Part shown: positions 50,382 to 60,897 of the stretch, piece by piece
Layout: the number at the start of each line of letters is the position of its first letter
Numbering within the stretch: position 1 is the first letter of the stretch
Source of the DNA: an uncultured Actinomycetota bacterium
GTDB lineage: Bacteria > Actinomycetota > Actinomycetes > JAFAQI01
NCBI GenBank assembly: GCA_963814845.1
Contig: CAWFEP010000003.1
Coordinates: 223,485-287,484, forward strand
Length of the DNA: 64,000 bases
Reading direction: 5' to 3'
Position numbers and translations under genes: made by a program
Notes under the pieces: generated by a model
Databases searched by the model: none
The model's input: only the letters and a program-made list of their open reading frames with translations
Told to the model about the DNA's origin: nothing

Positions 50382-50454
50382 TGGAGCTGAGGGGATTCGA
50401 ACCCCTGACCCCTTGCATGCCATGCAAGTGCGCTACCAGCTGCGCCACAGCCCC
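50382..50454 (-). tRNA. tRNA-Ala (anticodon GGC)
   Basis: The reverse complement folds as a cloverleaf: acceptor GGGGCTG, D-arm GCGCAGCTGGTAGCGC, anticodon stem-loop CTTGC-ATGGCAT-GCAAG (anticodon GGC), and T-arm GGGGTTCGAATCCCC. It has the G3:U70 Ala identity pair. Confidence 0.85.
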
Positions 50455-50495
50455 AAAGCGTTGGTCAGTCTACAGACGCCCGGGCTGGCAAGCGA

Positions 50496-51542
50496 TCAGC
50501 TCACGGTGTCCTGATCGATATCGGCGGGCAGGTTGGGCAGTTTGAAGGGCCCTTCGATCTGCTCGTGGACGGTCAGCGGCGATTTCCCGTTCTTGTACGG
50601 CGCTGCCCATTGGTTGGTGACCTCCGTACCCGACTTCCCACAGGAGATCGAGAACGGCGAACTGGGCGTTGTGCTCACCAGGCTGGCCGAGCCGGTGACA
50701 GCGCCGCCCGCGCCGACCTGCACAGTGGGCAGGCCCGCAGCGAAGGTGAAGGTCATGTGCTTGTCAGGGACGGTGAGGCTGTCGAATCGTTCCGCTCCTT
50801 TTGGCTTGTTCAGCGAGACGTTGCGGAACGCCGAGATCTCTGTGTGGGTCTTGCCATTGACCTTCTGCCTGCTGCCTTCGATCGACGTGAAGTTGGCACC
50901 GGCGGTCTTCTCGCCCGACCAGGAGATGTCCGACATGCACGGCTCACGGGTAAGACCGCAGAACTGAAGATCACCGAACTGTTCGCTGACCTCGCTCTTC
51001 CCGCCGAAGCTGTGGGCGGCATGCTTGCTGACCTTGCCCCAACGACCGGCCCCGGTCGAACGGGTGTTGAACGAGAACGAGCCGTGGACGGTGACCGGCT
51101 GCATGACGGTCCGGCTGCTGTGACAGACCGTCGTGTGTTTCTTGCCGGTGGCAGTGAACGTCAACGTCATCGCTGCGTACGGCTTCAGCGCCGCGCCAAC
51201 CTTTAGCGAACCGTTGCCGGACGCTGGGTTGAACTTCAGCGATCCTTTCTTGAGAGCGAAATCCCAGTCGTGGAACTCGGCGAGGCCTTTGCGGGTGACA
51301 GCGATCCCGGCAGATTCAGCGTGTTGCCCACCGGTACTCGACTCGCTGGCACTGAACGAGACGTGCAGCTGCTTGTGGGTAGTCGAGGACAACGTGAGCG
51401 TTGCCAAGTCGAAGCTGATGCTCCGCGGAGTCGGCGCTGGTTTCGCCGGTGCCGCGAGCGAAACGCCCGAGACTGTGAGCCCCAGCAACACACTTGCTGT
51501 CGCGATCAGCACAAACGAGCGTCGTAACTTGGACTCTGCCAT
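50496..51542 (-). CDS. Secreted hypothetical protein
   Basis: 348 aa with a signal peptide and a Ser/Thr/Gly-rich composition. Confidence 0.55.
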   Translation of the reverse strand: MAESKLRRSFVLIATASVLLGLTVSGVSLAAPAKPAPTPRSISFDLATLTLSSTTHKQLHVSFSASESSTGGQHAESAGIAVTRKGLAEFHDWDFALKKGSLKFNPASGNGSLKVGAALKPYAAMTLTFTATGKKHTTVCHSSRTVMQPVTVHGSFSFNTRSTGAGRWGKVSKHAAHSFGGKSEVSEQFGDLQFCGLTREPCMSDISWSGEKTAGANFTSIEGSRQKVNGKTHTEISAFRNVSLNKPKGAERFDSLTVPDKHMTFTFAAGLPTVQVGAGGAVTGSASLVSTTPSSPFSISCGKSGTEVTNQWAAPYKNGKSPLTVHEQIEGPFKLPNLPADIDQDTVS

Positions 51543-51630
51543 TTCGGACCCCCACCGTTGGCTGCGTGGATGGTCGCATCAGCACCCAGCAACCGCAAGC
51601 GATCTGGCACATCCGGTCACTTCGGATGTC

Positions 51631-52276
51631 TCAGCGGGCGTCGTCGCCGGTCTCCTCCTCGGGTGGGCTGCCGGCGTTGTGCTCCTCGAGCCGCCAGCCT
51701 CGACCCATGTCGGCGAGCAGCGACCACCGGCAGTTCGACAGCGGCGCGAGCCGCCACCAGGTGTCCGGCGCCATGCCGAGCAACGTGCCGATCGTCGCCC
51801 GAGCCGTGCCGCCGTGGGTCACCGCGACGCAGCAACGAGCCCGGGCCGAGCTCGGTCCAGCCACTCGTGCACGCACGCGGCGGCCCGCGCGCCAACCTCT
51901 GCGTACGTCTCGCCGCCGCCGCGCCGCGCGTCCTCGCCGGCTCTGCCACCGGGCGTACTCCTCGGGGAACCGGGCCCGCGCCTCCGCCCGGGTCAGACCC
52001 TGCCACTCACCGAGGTGGATCTCGCGCAGCCGCGGGTCGATGGCGATGTCCATGCCGGCCTCAGCGCTCACCGCAGCCGCCGTGTCGAGCGCCCGCGACG
52101 AGGTCGGAGGAGACCAGCGCGTCAGGCTGCATCGGCGCGACGGCGACCGCGGCTGCCGCAGCCTGAGCGCGCCCGACCAGGTCGAGCGGCGAGTCGAGCT
52201 GGCCCTGGAACCGGCCGGTGGCATTCCACTCGGTCCGGCCGTGACGCAGCAGGACGACCCGGCGCACCTGGCTCAC
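51631..52276 (-). CDS. Histidine phosphatase (phosphoglycerate-mutase-like) family protein; frameshift near 52065
   Basis: N-terminal catalytic motif VVLLRHGRTEWN. The body, in another frame, has EIHLGEWQG and VAVTHGG. Confidence 0.7.
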
Positions 52277-52694
52277 GATGCGGGCGGCAGCGCGTCAGCG
52301 GGCAGCGGCAGCGACGGGCAGTCCTTCCACAGCCGCTCGAGGGAGTAGAAGACGCGCTCCTCGCTGTGCTGCACGTGCACGACGATGTCGAAGAAGTCGA
52401 GCAGCACCCACCGACCCTCGCGCTCGCCCTCGCGCCGTACCGGCTTCGCGCCGAGGGTCCGAGCAGCCGCTCCTCGATCGCGTCGACGACGGCGTTGACC
52501 TGGCGCTCGTTCGGCGCCGAGGCGAGCACGAAGCAGTCGGTGATCGCGAGATGCTCGCTGACGTCGATGATGCTCAGGTCGGTGGCGAGCTTGTCGGCGG
52601 CAGCGCTGACGGCGGCCTCGGCCAGCTCAATGCTGCGGGCAGTAGCGGTCAACAGGATCCTCGGTCGAGTCGTACCTGGCAATGGAGGCAACAC
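52273..52694 (-). CDS. rsfS: Ribosomal silencing factor RsfS (Iojap family); frameshift near 52440
   Basis: LAITDCFVLASAPNERQVNAVVDAIEE is followed in the other frame by GRWVLLDFFDIVVHVQHSEERVFYSLERLW. Confidence 0.75.
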
Positions 52695-54293
52695 GGAAAT
52701 CAGTCTCAGTACGGTCTACAGCCTGCCACGGCTCAGCCTGCTGGTAGTCGTTGCCCAGGATCACGATGACGTCTGCGACGGTCTGGTCGTCGGTGGTGCG
52801 CACGACATCGCTGGTTGGCAGGCCGAGCGCGTGGGCAACCTGGTCGCCGAGCTGATGACCACGTCGGAGTCGGACTTGATCTCGACGCTCGACTTCGGGT
52901 TGTTGAACGTCGCCGCATTTCCGCTGCCGGCGTAGGTGAAGCCGCGCGCCGTCGAGCCGTGGGCAGGCGGTCAGCACCAGCCCGGGCGTGCCGACGCCGT
53001 TGAGCAGCTCCACACTCGGATGCGCCTTGTTGGCGTCCGCCGGCACGGAGTTGGCAGCTGTGCGCTGACCAAGCTGGTCCACCCCAGAGCCCAGTCGACT
53101 CCGGTACGACGGTGCGCCACCACCAGCATCGACAGGGGTCACGGGCAGGTCGGTGCGGCAACACGCCGTTCGCACTGCGGTCTGTCCGCGGCCAGACCCG
53201 GCGAGCAGCGTCGTCAGCCTGGTGCGCATCCGAGTGTCGACGTGCCGCCCGGCGCCGAGCTGGCGCAGGTCCGCCGCGATCGGCGCTGGCGATTGCTGGG
53301 CAGCGCCTGAAGCATGGCGTCGACGACGAGTTCATCCGGGCCTGCTGCGGCGGCGGCATCGGCGGTCGGAGAGGTGTTGTAGAGCGCGTATTCGACCGCC
53401 TGGGTGCCGTTGAGCTTGCTGGTTCGGACCGGCCGGGATGAGCACCTGGCGTTCCGCCGCTGGCCGGCGTGCCGCACGACGTTGACGTCAACGTCGACCG
53501 TGACACCGCCAAAGACGTCGATCAGCTTGGCGAGCTGTGCCGGCGTCAGCACCCAGGACCCGTCGATCGGTGACGCCGTTGAGCATCGCCGACAGCGCCT
53601 GCTGCGAGGCGGGACGCCATTCGGCAGCGCCAGCACGTCGCCGAAGTTCTGCGAGCCGTAGCCGCAGACGTCGGTGATCACCCGCGACGGGACGAGCACC
53701 TCGACACCCGGTCTTGGTGGCGGGTCTGGGCGAGCAGGACGCTCGCCGCGGCTGTCCGGTTCGAGCCCTGCGATCTGCAGCAGCACCGTGGTCTGGGTGC
53801 GGGTCGTGCCGTTGTGGTGCGTGACGACCTTGTGTACCCCGAACGCCAGGGCGGCGACCACAATGATCGCGGCGACCGCGATCGCCAGCGCCGCCGAGCA
53901 GTCCGACCCGGCGCTGTTGCTGGCGGCGACGGCTTGTGCCGGGCCTGCCGGCGGGTCACCGGCGGCGCCATCACCACGCGGCGGCGGACGTCGGCGGCGT
54001 GCCAGCGCGCAGCCGGCGGCAGGCGGCGGCGGTGCGACCGGCGGCGGTGGCGGGGCGGCGGCAGGCGGTGGCGGTGGCGGAGGCGGTGGCAGCGGTGACC
54101 GGCGGCGGGGTGACCGGTGGCGGCGACGGAGCTGGCGGAGGCGGGGTGGTGGCGGCCGGCGGCGGCGGCGGCGGCGCGGCGGCTGCTCGACCGGCGGCAG
54201 CTGACAGCCGGCGTCGGCCGGCGTGTCGGACGGGCGGTGTGACGTGACGGTGCAACTCGACCGGGCGTGGGCGGGACGGGTCCCGTCCCTTTC
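52627..54293 (-). CDS. LytR-CpsA-Psr (LCP) family protein with Pro-rich N-terminal region; multiple frameshifts
   Basis: N-terminus [12 protein letters not shown] plus a poly-Pro tract. LCP-like blocks [25 protein letters not shown] and [10 protein letters not shown] are spread over three frames. The 3' end is uncertain and the gene appears to overlap rsfS. Confidence 0.55.
53990..54200. repeat. Low-complexity GGC/GGT-rich tract (encodes the poly-Pro/Ala region of the LCP protein on the minus strand)
   Basis: Runs of ggcggcggtggcgg read directly. Confidence 0.6.
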
Positions 54294-54308
54294 TTCGCTT
54301 GCCGGCCA

Positions 54309-54913
54309 TTACCCTACTTTCGCGTACAAGTTGCGCTTGGAGATGTATTGCACGACGCCGTCCGACACGAGGTACCAGACCGGCTCGCCTGCCCGCACCC
54401 GTAAGCGGCAGTCGGTCGAGCTGATCGCCAGCGCCGGGACCTCGACCAGGCTGACCGTGCCTTCCGGGAAGCCCTGGTCGGACAGGTGGTGCCCCGGGCG
54501 AGTCACGCCGATGAAGTGCGCCAGCGTGAACAGCTCGGCTGACCGGTGCCAGCCGAGGATCGCCTCTAGAGCATCGGCGCCGGTGATGAAGAACAACTCG
54601 AGCATCCGGGCCGAATCGGTCCCGCAGGTCGGTCAGGGTGTCGATCGTGTAGGTCGGGCCCGGCCGGTCGATGTCGACCCGGCTGACCGAGAACCGCGGG
54701 TTGGACGCGGTGGCGATGACGGTCATCAGATAGCGGTCCTCGGCCGGGCGACACCGGGTCCTTGGACTTCTGCCACGGCTCGCCGGTCGGCACGAACACG
54801 ACCTCGTCGAGGGCAAACCGGCTCGCGACCTCGCTGGCCGCCACGAGGTGGCCGTGGTGCACGGGGTCGAACGTGCCGCCCATGACCCCGATGCGACGTG
54901 GCGCGACAATCAC
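54309..54913 (-). CDS. nadD: Nicotinate-nucleotide adenylyltransferase; 2 frameshifts
   Basis: N-terminal [15 protein letters not shown] (HxGH), then the middle and C-terminal parts in the other two frames. Confidence 0.8.
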
Positions 54914-54972
54914 CGCGATCGCTCACGCTGAGCAAGGCTACCGGCGCAGCTGCGGCCCGCCTAACCGCGGGC

Positions 54973-56420
54973 TCAGACCGGCAGCAGGCCCTCGACGAAC
55001 TGCTGCAGCTGGGCGACGTTGCGGCACTCGACCATCGGCATCGCCTCGCCGTAGACCGCGGCCGCCGAGTCACCCGAGGACCAGTACTGCCGCGGCTCGG
55101 GGTTGAGCCAGAACGCGTGCCGCGCCTGCTCGCACGACCGAACGCAGCGCCGGCAGCGACGGGCGCGCGGTAGTTGGTGCGCGCATCGCCGAGCACGAGC
55201 AGCGACGTCTTCGGGCCGACCGCGTCGGGCCATTTCTGCGCGAACACCTCGAAGGCGTGGCCGTAGTCGCTGTGCCCGTCGAACCAGACGACGTCGGCCT
55301 CGGCCGACATCCGCGCCAGCGCATCGACGACGTCGCCACCCCGGTCGAAGAACCGGGTCACCTCGTCGGTGGTGTCGACGAAGGCGAACACCCGCACCTT
55401 GGCGAACTGCTCCCGCAGCGCAAACGCGAGCAGCACCGTGAAGTGCGCGAACGCCGCCACCGACCCGCTGACGTCGCACAGCACGACCAGCTCGGGCTTG
55501 TGCGGCTTGTGCGGCTTGAAGATCGTCGTGAGCGGCACGCCACCGGTCGACAGCGAGGCCCGGACCGTACGACGGACGTCGAGCCGGCCGCTGCGCCCGA
55601 GCCGGCGCCGGGCGGTCAGCCGGGTCGCCAGCCGGCGGGCGATCGGGTGCACCTGGCGTCGCAGCGCGGCGAGGTCGTCGCGGGACGCGCGCAGGAACTC
55701 GACCTGCTCGATCAGCGGCTTGACCGCAGTCTTCGCGATCGTCTCGGCGCCGCGTTCCTCCGCGAGCCGGCGGCGTACCTCGGACTCGACGAGCTCCTCG
55801 AACGCCTTCATCCGCTCGGTCAGCATCTGGCGGGCGACCTTCTCGGCCAGGCCGCCGCGCTCCTGGCCGCGCAGCACCTCCTCGAGCAGCGAGGCCATCA
55901 GGGTCTCGGGGTTGAGCGCGCGCAGCACGCGGTAGGTGAACCACGACTGCCGGCCGGGCTGACCGCCCTCGGTGCGGCCGAGGCCGTTGACCGCCTCGCG
56001 GGCGAGCCGCCGCAGCGACTCGTCGTCGCCGGAGAGCAGCACGTCGCGCAGCCGGTCGCGCAGCTCGTTGCGCATCGCGTGCAGGTCGGCCGGGATCGAC
56101 CTCCTCGGCGTCACTCGGTCGCGTCCTCGACCGTCGCCGTGACCCTCGCCGTCACCGAGCGCGGACGGCCACCACAGGTCGAAGAGCCGGTCGAAGGCGG
56201 GCCGGTGCGCGGCGTGCTTGACGACGGTCGCGGCGTACGCCGCCCGCAGCTGTTCGCGGTCGAGCAGGTCGACCGCCGCCATCGCCCGACCGGCATCGAG
56301 CGACTCCGCCATCGACACCGGCAGGCCCGACGCCACGCAGCGCGCCCATGAACGAGACGTGCCGGTCGACCAGCCCGCCGGCCGGCCGGCAGTCTCGCAT
56401 CGTGGCGTCGGTCATGGGTT
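54973..56420 (-). CDS. VWA-domain protein (CoxE-like partner of MoxR ATPase); at least 2 frameshifts
   Basis: VWA MIDAS block VVLCDVSGSVAAFAHF, and a conserved C-terminus HAFWLNPEPRQYWSSGDSAAAVYGEAMPMVECRNV in another frame. Confidence 0.7.
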
Positions 56421-57272
56421 CAGGCCCAGCTCCTTGACCGCGCGGGCCTGGTCGGAGGAGTGCTTGAGCACGACGCCGAGCGTGCTGGCCACGGCGTCCT
56501 CGTCGAGGGTGTCGATGCCGAGCACGACGAGCGTGCGGGCCCAGTCGATGCTCTCCGCGATGCTCGGCGCCTTCTTGAGCTCGAGCGCCCGCAGCGTGCG
56601 GATCGTACGGACCAGCTGCTCGGCGAGCTCGTCGACGACCTCGGGCACCCGGCTGAGCACGATCGCCTTCTCGCGCTCGGCGTCGGGGTAGTCGACGTGC
56701 AGGAACAGGCAGCGGCGCTTGAGCGCCTCGGAGAGCTCGCGGGTCGCGTTCGAGGTGAGGACGACGAACGGCCGGCGGACCGCCTCGATCGTGCCGAGCT
56801 CGGGGACCGTGACCTGGAAGTCGCTGAGCACCTCGAGCAGCAGGCCCTCGACCTCGACGTCGGCCTTGTCGGTCTCGTCGATGAGCAGGACGGTCGGCTC
56901 GCTCTGCCGGATCGCGGTCAGCAGCGGCCGCGCGAGCAGGAACTCCTCGGAGAAGATGTCGTCGTGGGTCTGATCCCACGCCTGGTCGCCCGCCGCCTGG
57001 ATCCGCAGCAGCTGCTTGCGGTAGTTCCACTCGTACAGCGCCCGCGCCTCGTCGAGGCCCTCGTAGCACTGCAGCCGGACCAGGCCGGCACCTGCCGCGG
57101 TCGCGACCGCCTTGGCGAGCTCGGTCTTGCCGGTGCCGGCCGGGCCCTCGACCAGCAGCGGCTTGCCGAGCGCGTCGGCGAGGAAGACCGTCGTGGCGAT
57201 GGCGTCGTCGGCGAGGTAGCCGGTGGCGGCCAGCCGCTCGCGGACGTCGTCGGGCGAGGCGAACAACGTCAT
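56412..57272 (-). CDS. MoxR-family AAA+ ATPase (CoxD-like)
   Basis: Walker A GPAGTGKT and Walker B LLIDETDKA in a 286-aa intact ORF. Confidence 0.85.
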   Translation of the reverse strand: MTLFASPDDVRERLAATGYLADDAIATTVFLADALGKPLLVEGPAGTGKTELAKAVATAAGAGLVRLQCYEGLDEARALYEWNYRKQLLRIQAAGDQAWDQTHDDIFSEEFLLARPLLTAIRQSEPTVLLIDETDKADVEVEGLLLEVLSDFQVTVPELGTIEAVRRPFVVLTSNATRELSEALKRRCLFLHVDYPDAEREKAIVLSRVPEVVDELAEQLVRTIRTLRALELKKAPSIAESIDWARTLVVLGIDTLDEDAVASTLGVVLKHSSDQARAVKELGLNP

Positions 57273-57308
57273 GCGGACTCCCGGCGGGATCGACGAACAG
57301 AACGTGAT

Positions 57309-57898
57309 TCTAGCGGGGTCGCGTGGCCTCGACGTCGACGAAGCCCAGCTCGGCCGCGGCGTGCAGCTGGGCGGCCTGCGTGCTGCTTCGCTCGATCAGC
57401 CAGCGGGTGACCGTCTCGTTGACCACCTGGGCGTGCCGGGCGATCCACAGCGAGAGCAGCGCGAGCGGGATCTCGAGCACGGCGGCAGCGGCGATCGACT
57501 GCGTCAGCTGCCAGCCCGGGCGTGGCGGTCATCAGGTCGAACCAGGCGTCGACGATCAGCAGCGTCGCGGTCGCGGTCGCGGCCATGTCGACCCAGGTCG
57601 AGCGGCGGTAGGCGAGCCAGGCGGTCAGCGCCAGCGCGATCGCCTCCATCGCGTCGAGGCCGACCCAGGCCGCCCGGTAGTGGCCGTCGCCGAACTCCGC
57701 CGGGCGGGCGAAAGCGAGGTAGACGATCCACGGGACCAGCAGGACGGACAGCGTGAGGTAGAGCGGCGCGACCCAGCGCGGCGCGGGCGCAACCGTCGGG
57801 TGCCGGACGAAGCGGCGCCGCGGCGGCTCGAGCGGCTGGTCGAGCGGGAGGTCAGGCAGATCGTCGAACGCCATCGCACCCACCTCCTCCTGCCACAA
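57309..57898 (-). CDS. Hypothetical integral membrane protein; frameshift near 57530
   Basis: Four predicted TM helices. The C-terminus in the other frame ends AELGFVDVEATRPR-stop at 57309. Confidence 0.5.
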
Positions 57899-57932
57899 CC
57901 TCCGCCCGCAACGCCCTGTTCCCCACCAAGCG

Positions 57933-57971
57933 ATGTGGCATCGCTATCGCCGGGCGATAGCGATGCCACAT
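57933..57971. promoter_or_regulatory. 39-bp perfect palindrome (19-bp arms, 1-nt spacer) ATGTGGCATCGCTATCGCC-G-GGCGATAGCGATGCCACAT, followed by a second 15-bp palindrome at 57988-58002
   Basis: Read directly. It lies between the proA stop and the downstream membrane-protein gene and could be a terminator, attenuator or operator. Confidence 0.5.
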
Positions 57972-58001
57972 TGCTATCGCGGGCGGAGCGATGTCACATC
58001 G

Positions 58002-59248
58002 CTAGGTACGGATCTGGCCTTCGCCGGTCACGATCCAGGTGGTCGTGGTCAGCTCGGCCAGGCCCATCGGGCCGCGGGCGTGCAGCTTCTGGTTCGAGAT
58101 CCCGATCTCGGCGCCGAAGCCGAACTGCTCGCCGTCGGTGAACCGGGTCGACGCGTTGATCATCACCGCGGCCGAGTCGAGCCCCGACACGAACGCCTGC
58201 GACGCCGGCAGCGACCGGGTCACGATCGCCTCGGTGTGCCCGCTCCCCCACCGCCGGATGTGCGCGACCGCCGCGCGGCAGGCTCGGCACGACGCCGACC
58301 GCAAGGTCGAGCGAGAGGTATTCCGCCGCCCAGTCCTCGTCGGTCGCCGGGACGACGGCATCGGAGTACGCCGCGACCGCCTCGTCGCCGTGGATCGTGA
58401 CGCCGGCCGACTGCAACGCCTCGAGCGCGCGCGGCAGGAAATCCGCCGCGACGTCGGCGTGCACCAGCATCGTCTCGGCCGCGTTGCACACGCTCGGCCG
58501 CTGCGTCTTGGCGTTGAGGATGATCGCGATCGCCATGTCGAGATCGGCATCGGCATCGACGTACACGTGGCAGTTGCCGACGCCGGTCTCGATCACCGGC
58601 ACCGTCGACTCCTCGACGACGCTGCGGATCAGCCCGGCGCCGCCGCGCGGGATCAGCACGTCGACGAGCCCGCGGGCCCGCATCAGGTGCTTCGCCGACT
58701 CGTGGTCGTCGCCGGGCACGAGCTGGACGCTGTGCTCCGGCAGTCCCGCGGCAGTCGCCGCCGCGGCGAGGACGTCGACGAGCGCCGCGTTGCTCTCGCG
58801 GGCACTCGACGAGCCGCGCAGCAGCACCGCGTTGCCGCTCTTCAGGCACAGCCCGGCGGCGTCGGCGGTGACGTTCGGCCGGGCCTCGTAGATGATGCCG
58901 ACCACGCCCATCGGCACCCGCACCTGACGCAGCTGCAAGCCCGTTGGCCAGCGTCGAGCCGCGCAGCACCTCACCGACCGGGTCGGGCAGCTGCGCGACC
59001 TGCCGCAGGCCGTCGGCCATCGCCGCGACGCGGCCCTCGTCCAGCCGGAGCCGGTCGATCAGCGGGTTGTCGGCGTCGCGCGCGACGTCGCGCGCGTTGG
59101 CCTCGAGCACCTCGCGGTGTCGCGCGACCAGCGCGTCGGCCATCGCGAGCAGCGCGCGGTCCTTCGCGGCCCGCGGGAACGGCGCGAGCGCAGCGGCCGC
59201 CGCGCGGGCCCGCTGCGCGGTGGCCAGCACGTCCTCGGCAGTGGTCAT
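58002..59248 (-). CDS. proA: Gamma-glutamyl phosphate reductase; 2 frameshifts
   Basis: N-terminus [15 protein letters not shown]...; core [24 protein letters not shown]; C-terminus [34 protein letters not shown]. The pieces are spread across three frames. Confidence 0.8.
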
Positions 59249-59272
59249 GCCCGAAATCGTACGGCGCCGCCC

Positions 59273-59758
59273 TCACCGTAGCTGGAAGCGGGTGGCGGAG
59301 GTCGGGAAGTCCTGCTCGCGCCAGGCCAGCACCCGCGACGGGAGCGACCCGGTAGAAGCCGAACGCCGGATCGGCAGGGTCGACGCGGACGGCGTACTTC
59401 TCCTCGTAGCGCGTCGACGAAGTCCGCCGGCAGCTCGGAGCCGGTCAGCCGCTCGGCCCGGCCGTCGACGACGACGACGTCGTCGCCGCTCTCGAGGTGC
59501 ACCACGACGTCCGGCCGGGCAGCGAGGTTGCGGGCCTTGACCGACTCGGGGTCGGTCGAGAACAACACCGCGTCGTCGAGCCACAGCCCCCAGACCGGCA
59601 TCGCGTGCGGCCGGCCATCCGCGCGGGTCGTGCAGACCCAGTAGTTGCGGCGCGGCGAGCAGCTTGTCCTCGGCCCACGACCACGGCAGCTCGCCGCGTG
59701 CGTCTGGCTCGGCGATGCCATAACCGGCCGGCATGTCGGGGCGATCGACAGCGTCCAT
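59273..59758 (-). CDS. Pyridoxamine 5'-phosphate oxidase-like (PPOX/F420-dependent) family protein; 2 frameshifts
   Basis: PPOX-fold motifs HAMPVWGLWLDDAVLFSTDPESVKARNL and VVVVDGRAE, with the ends in a different frame. Confidence 0.55.
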   Translation of the reverse strand: MDAVDRPDMPAGYGIAEPDARGELPWSWAEDKLLAAPQLLGLHDPRGWPAARDAGLGAVARRRGVVLDRPRVGQGPQPRCPAGRRGAPRERRRRRRRRRPGRAADRLRAAGGLRRRATRRSTPSASTLPIRRSASTGSLPSRVLAWREQDFPTSATRFQLR

Positions 59759-59779
59759 GACCTGCGGAAGGCTAGCGAG

Positions 59780-60897
59780 TCAAGCAGGACAAGATCGTCG
59801 CGGTGGACGACCTCGCGGGAGTACGCCGACCCGAGGGTCTCGCCGAGCTCGCGGGTCGAGCGGCCGAGCAGCGCCGGCAGCTCGGCCGCGTCGTACGCGA
59901 CCAGGCCGCGCGCGACCGCAACGCCGCTCTCGTCGAGCAGGTCGATCGGGTCGCCGGCCGAGAACGTCGCCCTCGACGGCCACGATGCCGGCCGGGAGCA
60001 ACGAGCTTGCGCCGCTGCGACGACCGCCGTGACCGCACCGGCATCGAGGCGCACGCCACCGCGAGCGGTCGTCGCGTGCGCCAGCCAGAGCAGCCGGGCC
60101 GGCGCGCGCTTGCCGGTCGGATGGAAGCAGGTGCCGACGTCGGCTCCGGCGAGCACCTGCGCGACCTGGTCGGCGTGCGCCAGCAAGCGTCGGCACGCCC
60201 GCACCGGCCGCGATCCGCGCCGCGGCCACCTTCGTCGCCATCCCGCCGCTGCCGACGCCGCGCTTGCCCACCGAGCCGAGCCGCACGTGTGCCAGGTCGG
60301 CTTCGCTGCGGACGTCACTGACCCGCGTCGCCGGGCCCGTGCGCCGGGTCGTCGTCATAGACGCCGTCGACGTCGGAGAGCAGGACCAGGGCATCGGCGC
60401 TGACCAGGTGGGTGACGAGCGCCGCCAGCCGGTCGTTGTCGCCGAACCGGATCTCCTCGGTGGCGACGGTGTCGTTCTCGTTGACCACCGGCACGACGCC
60501 AAGCCCGAGCAGCCGCTCGAAGGTGCGGGCGGCGTTGCGGTAGTGCGCCCGCCGGACCACGTCATCGGCGGTCAGCAGCACCTGGCCGACGGTCAGGTCG
60601 TGCCGCGCGAAGGCGGCGCTGTAGTGGGCGACCAGCATGCCCTGACCGACGCTCGCCGCGGCCTGCTGGGTCGCCAGGTCACGCGGGCGGGTCGACAGGC
60701 CGAGCGGTTTGAGCCCGGCCGCGATCGCGCCGGAGGAGACCAGGACGACCTGCGCCGCCGGCTGCGACTCGGGCGGCCGTCGCGTCGACGAGCGCGTCGA
60801 GCCGTGCCGCGTCGATGCCCCCGCCCGGGCTGGCCAGCGAGGACGACCCGATCTTGACGACCAGCCGGCGCGCGGCGGCGACGACCTCGCGGCTCAC
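59780..60897 (-). CDS. proB: Glutamate 5-kinase; several frameshifts
   Basis: N-terminus [12 protein letters not shown]; then [43 protein letters not shown], and a C-terminal PUA domain. Its GTG start overlaps the obg stop (GTGA). Confidence 0.75.

Noticed and set aside
54271-54288. Perfect hairpin GGGACGGGTCCCGTCCC followed by TTTCTTC, resembling an intrinsic terminator on the plus strand
   Set aside because: It lies inside the N-terminal coding region ([11 protein letters not shown]) of the minus-strand LCP gene. No plus-strand gene ends there, so it is probably coincidental, or at most an mRNA 5' structure.
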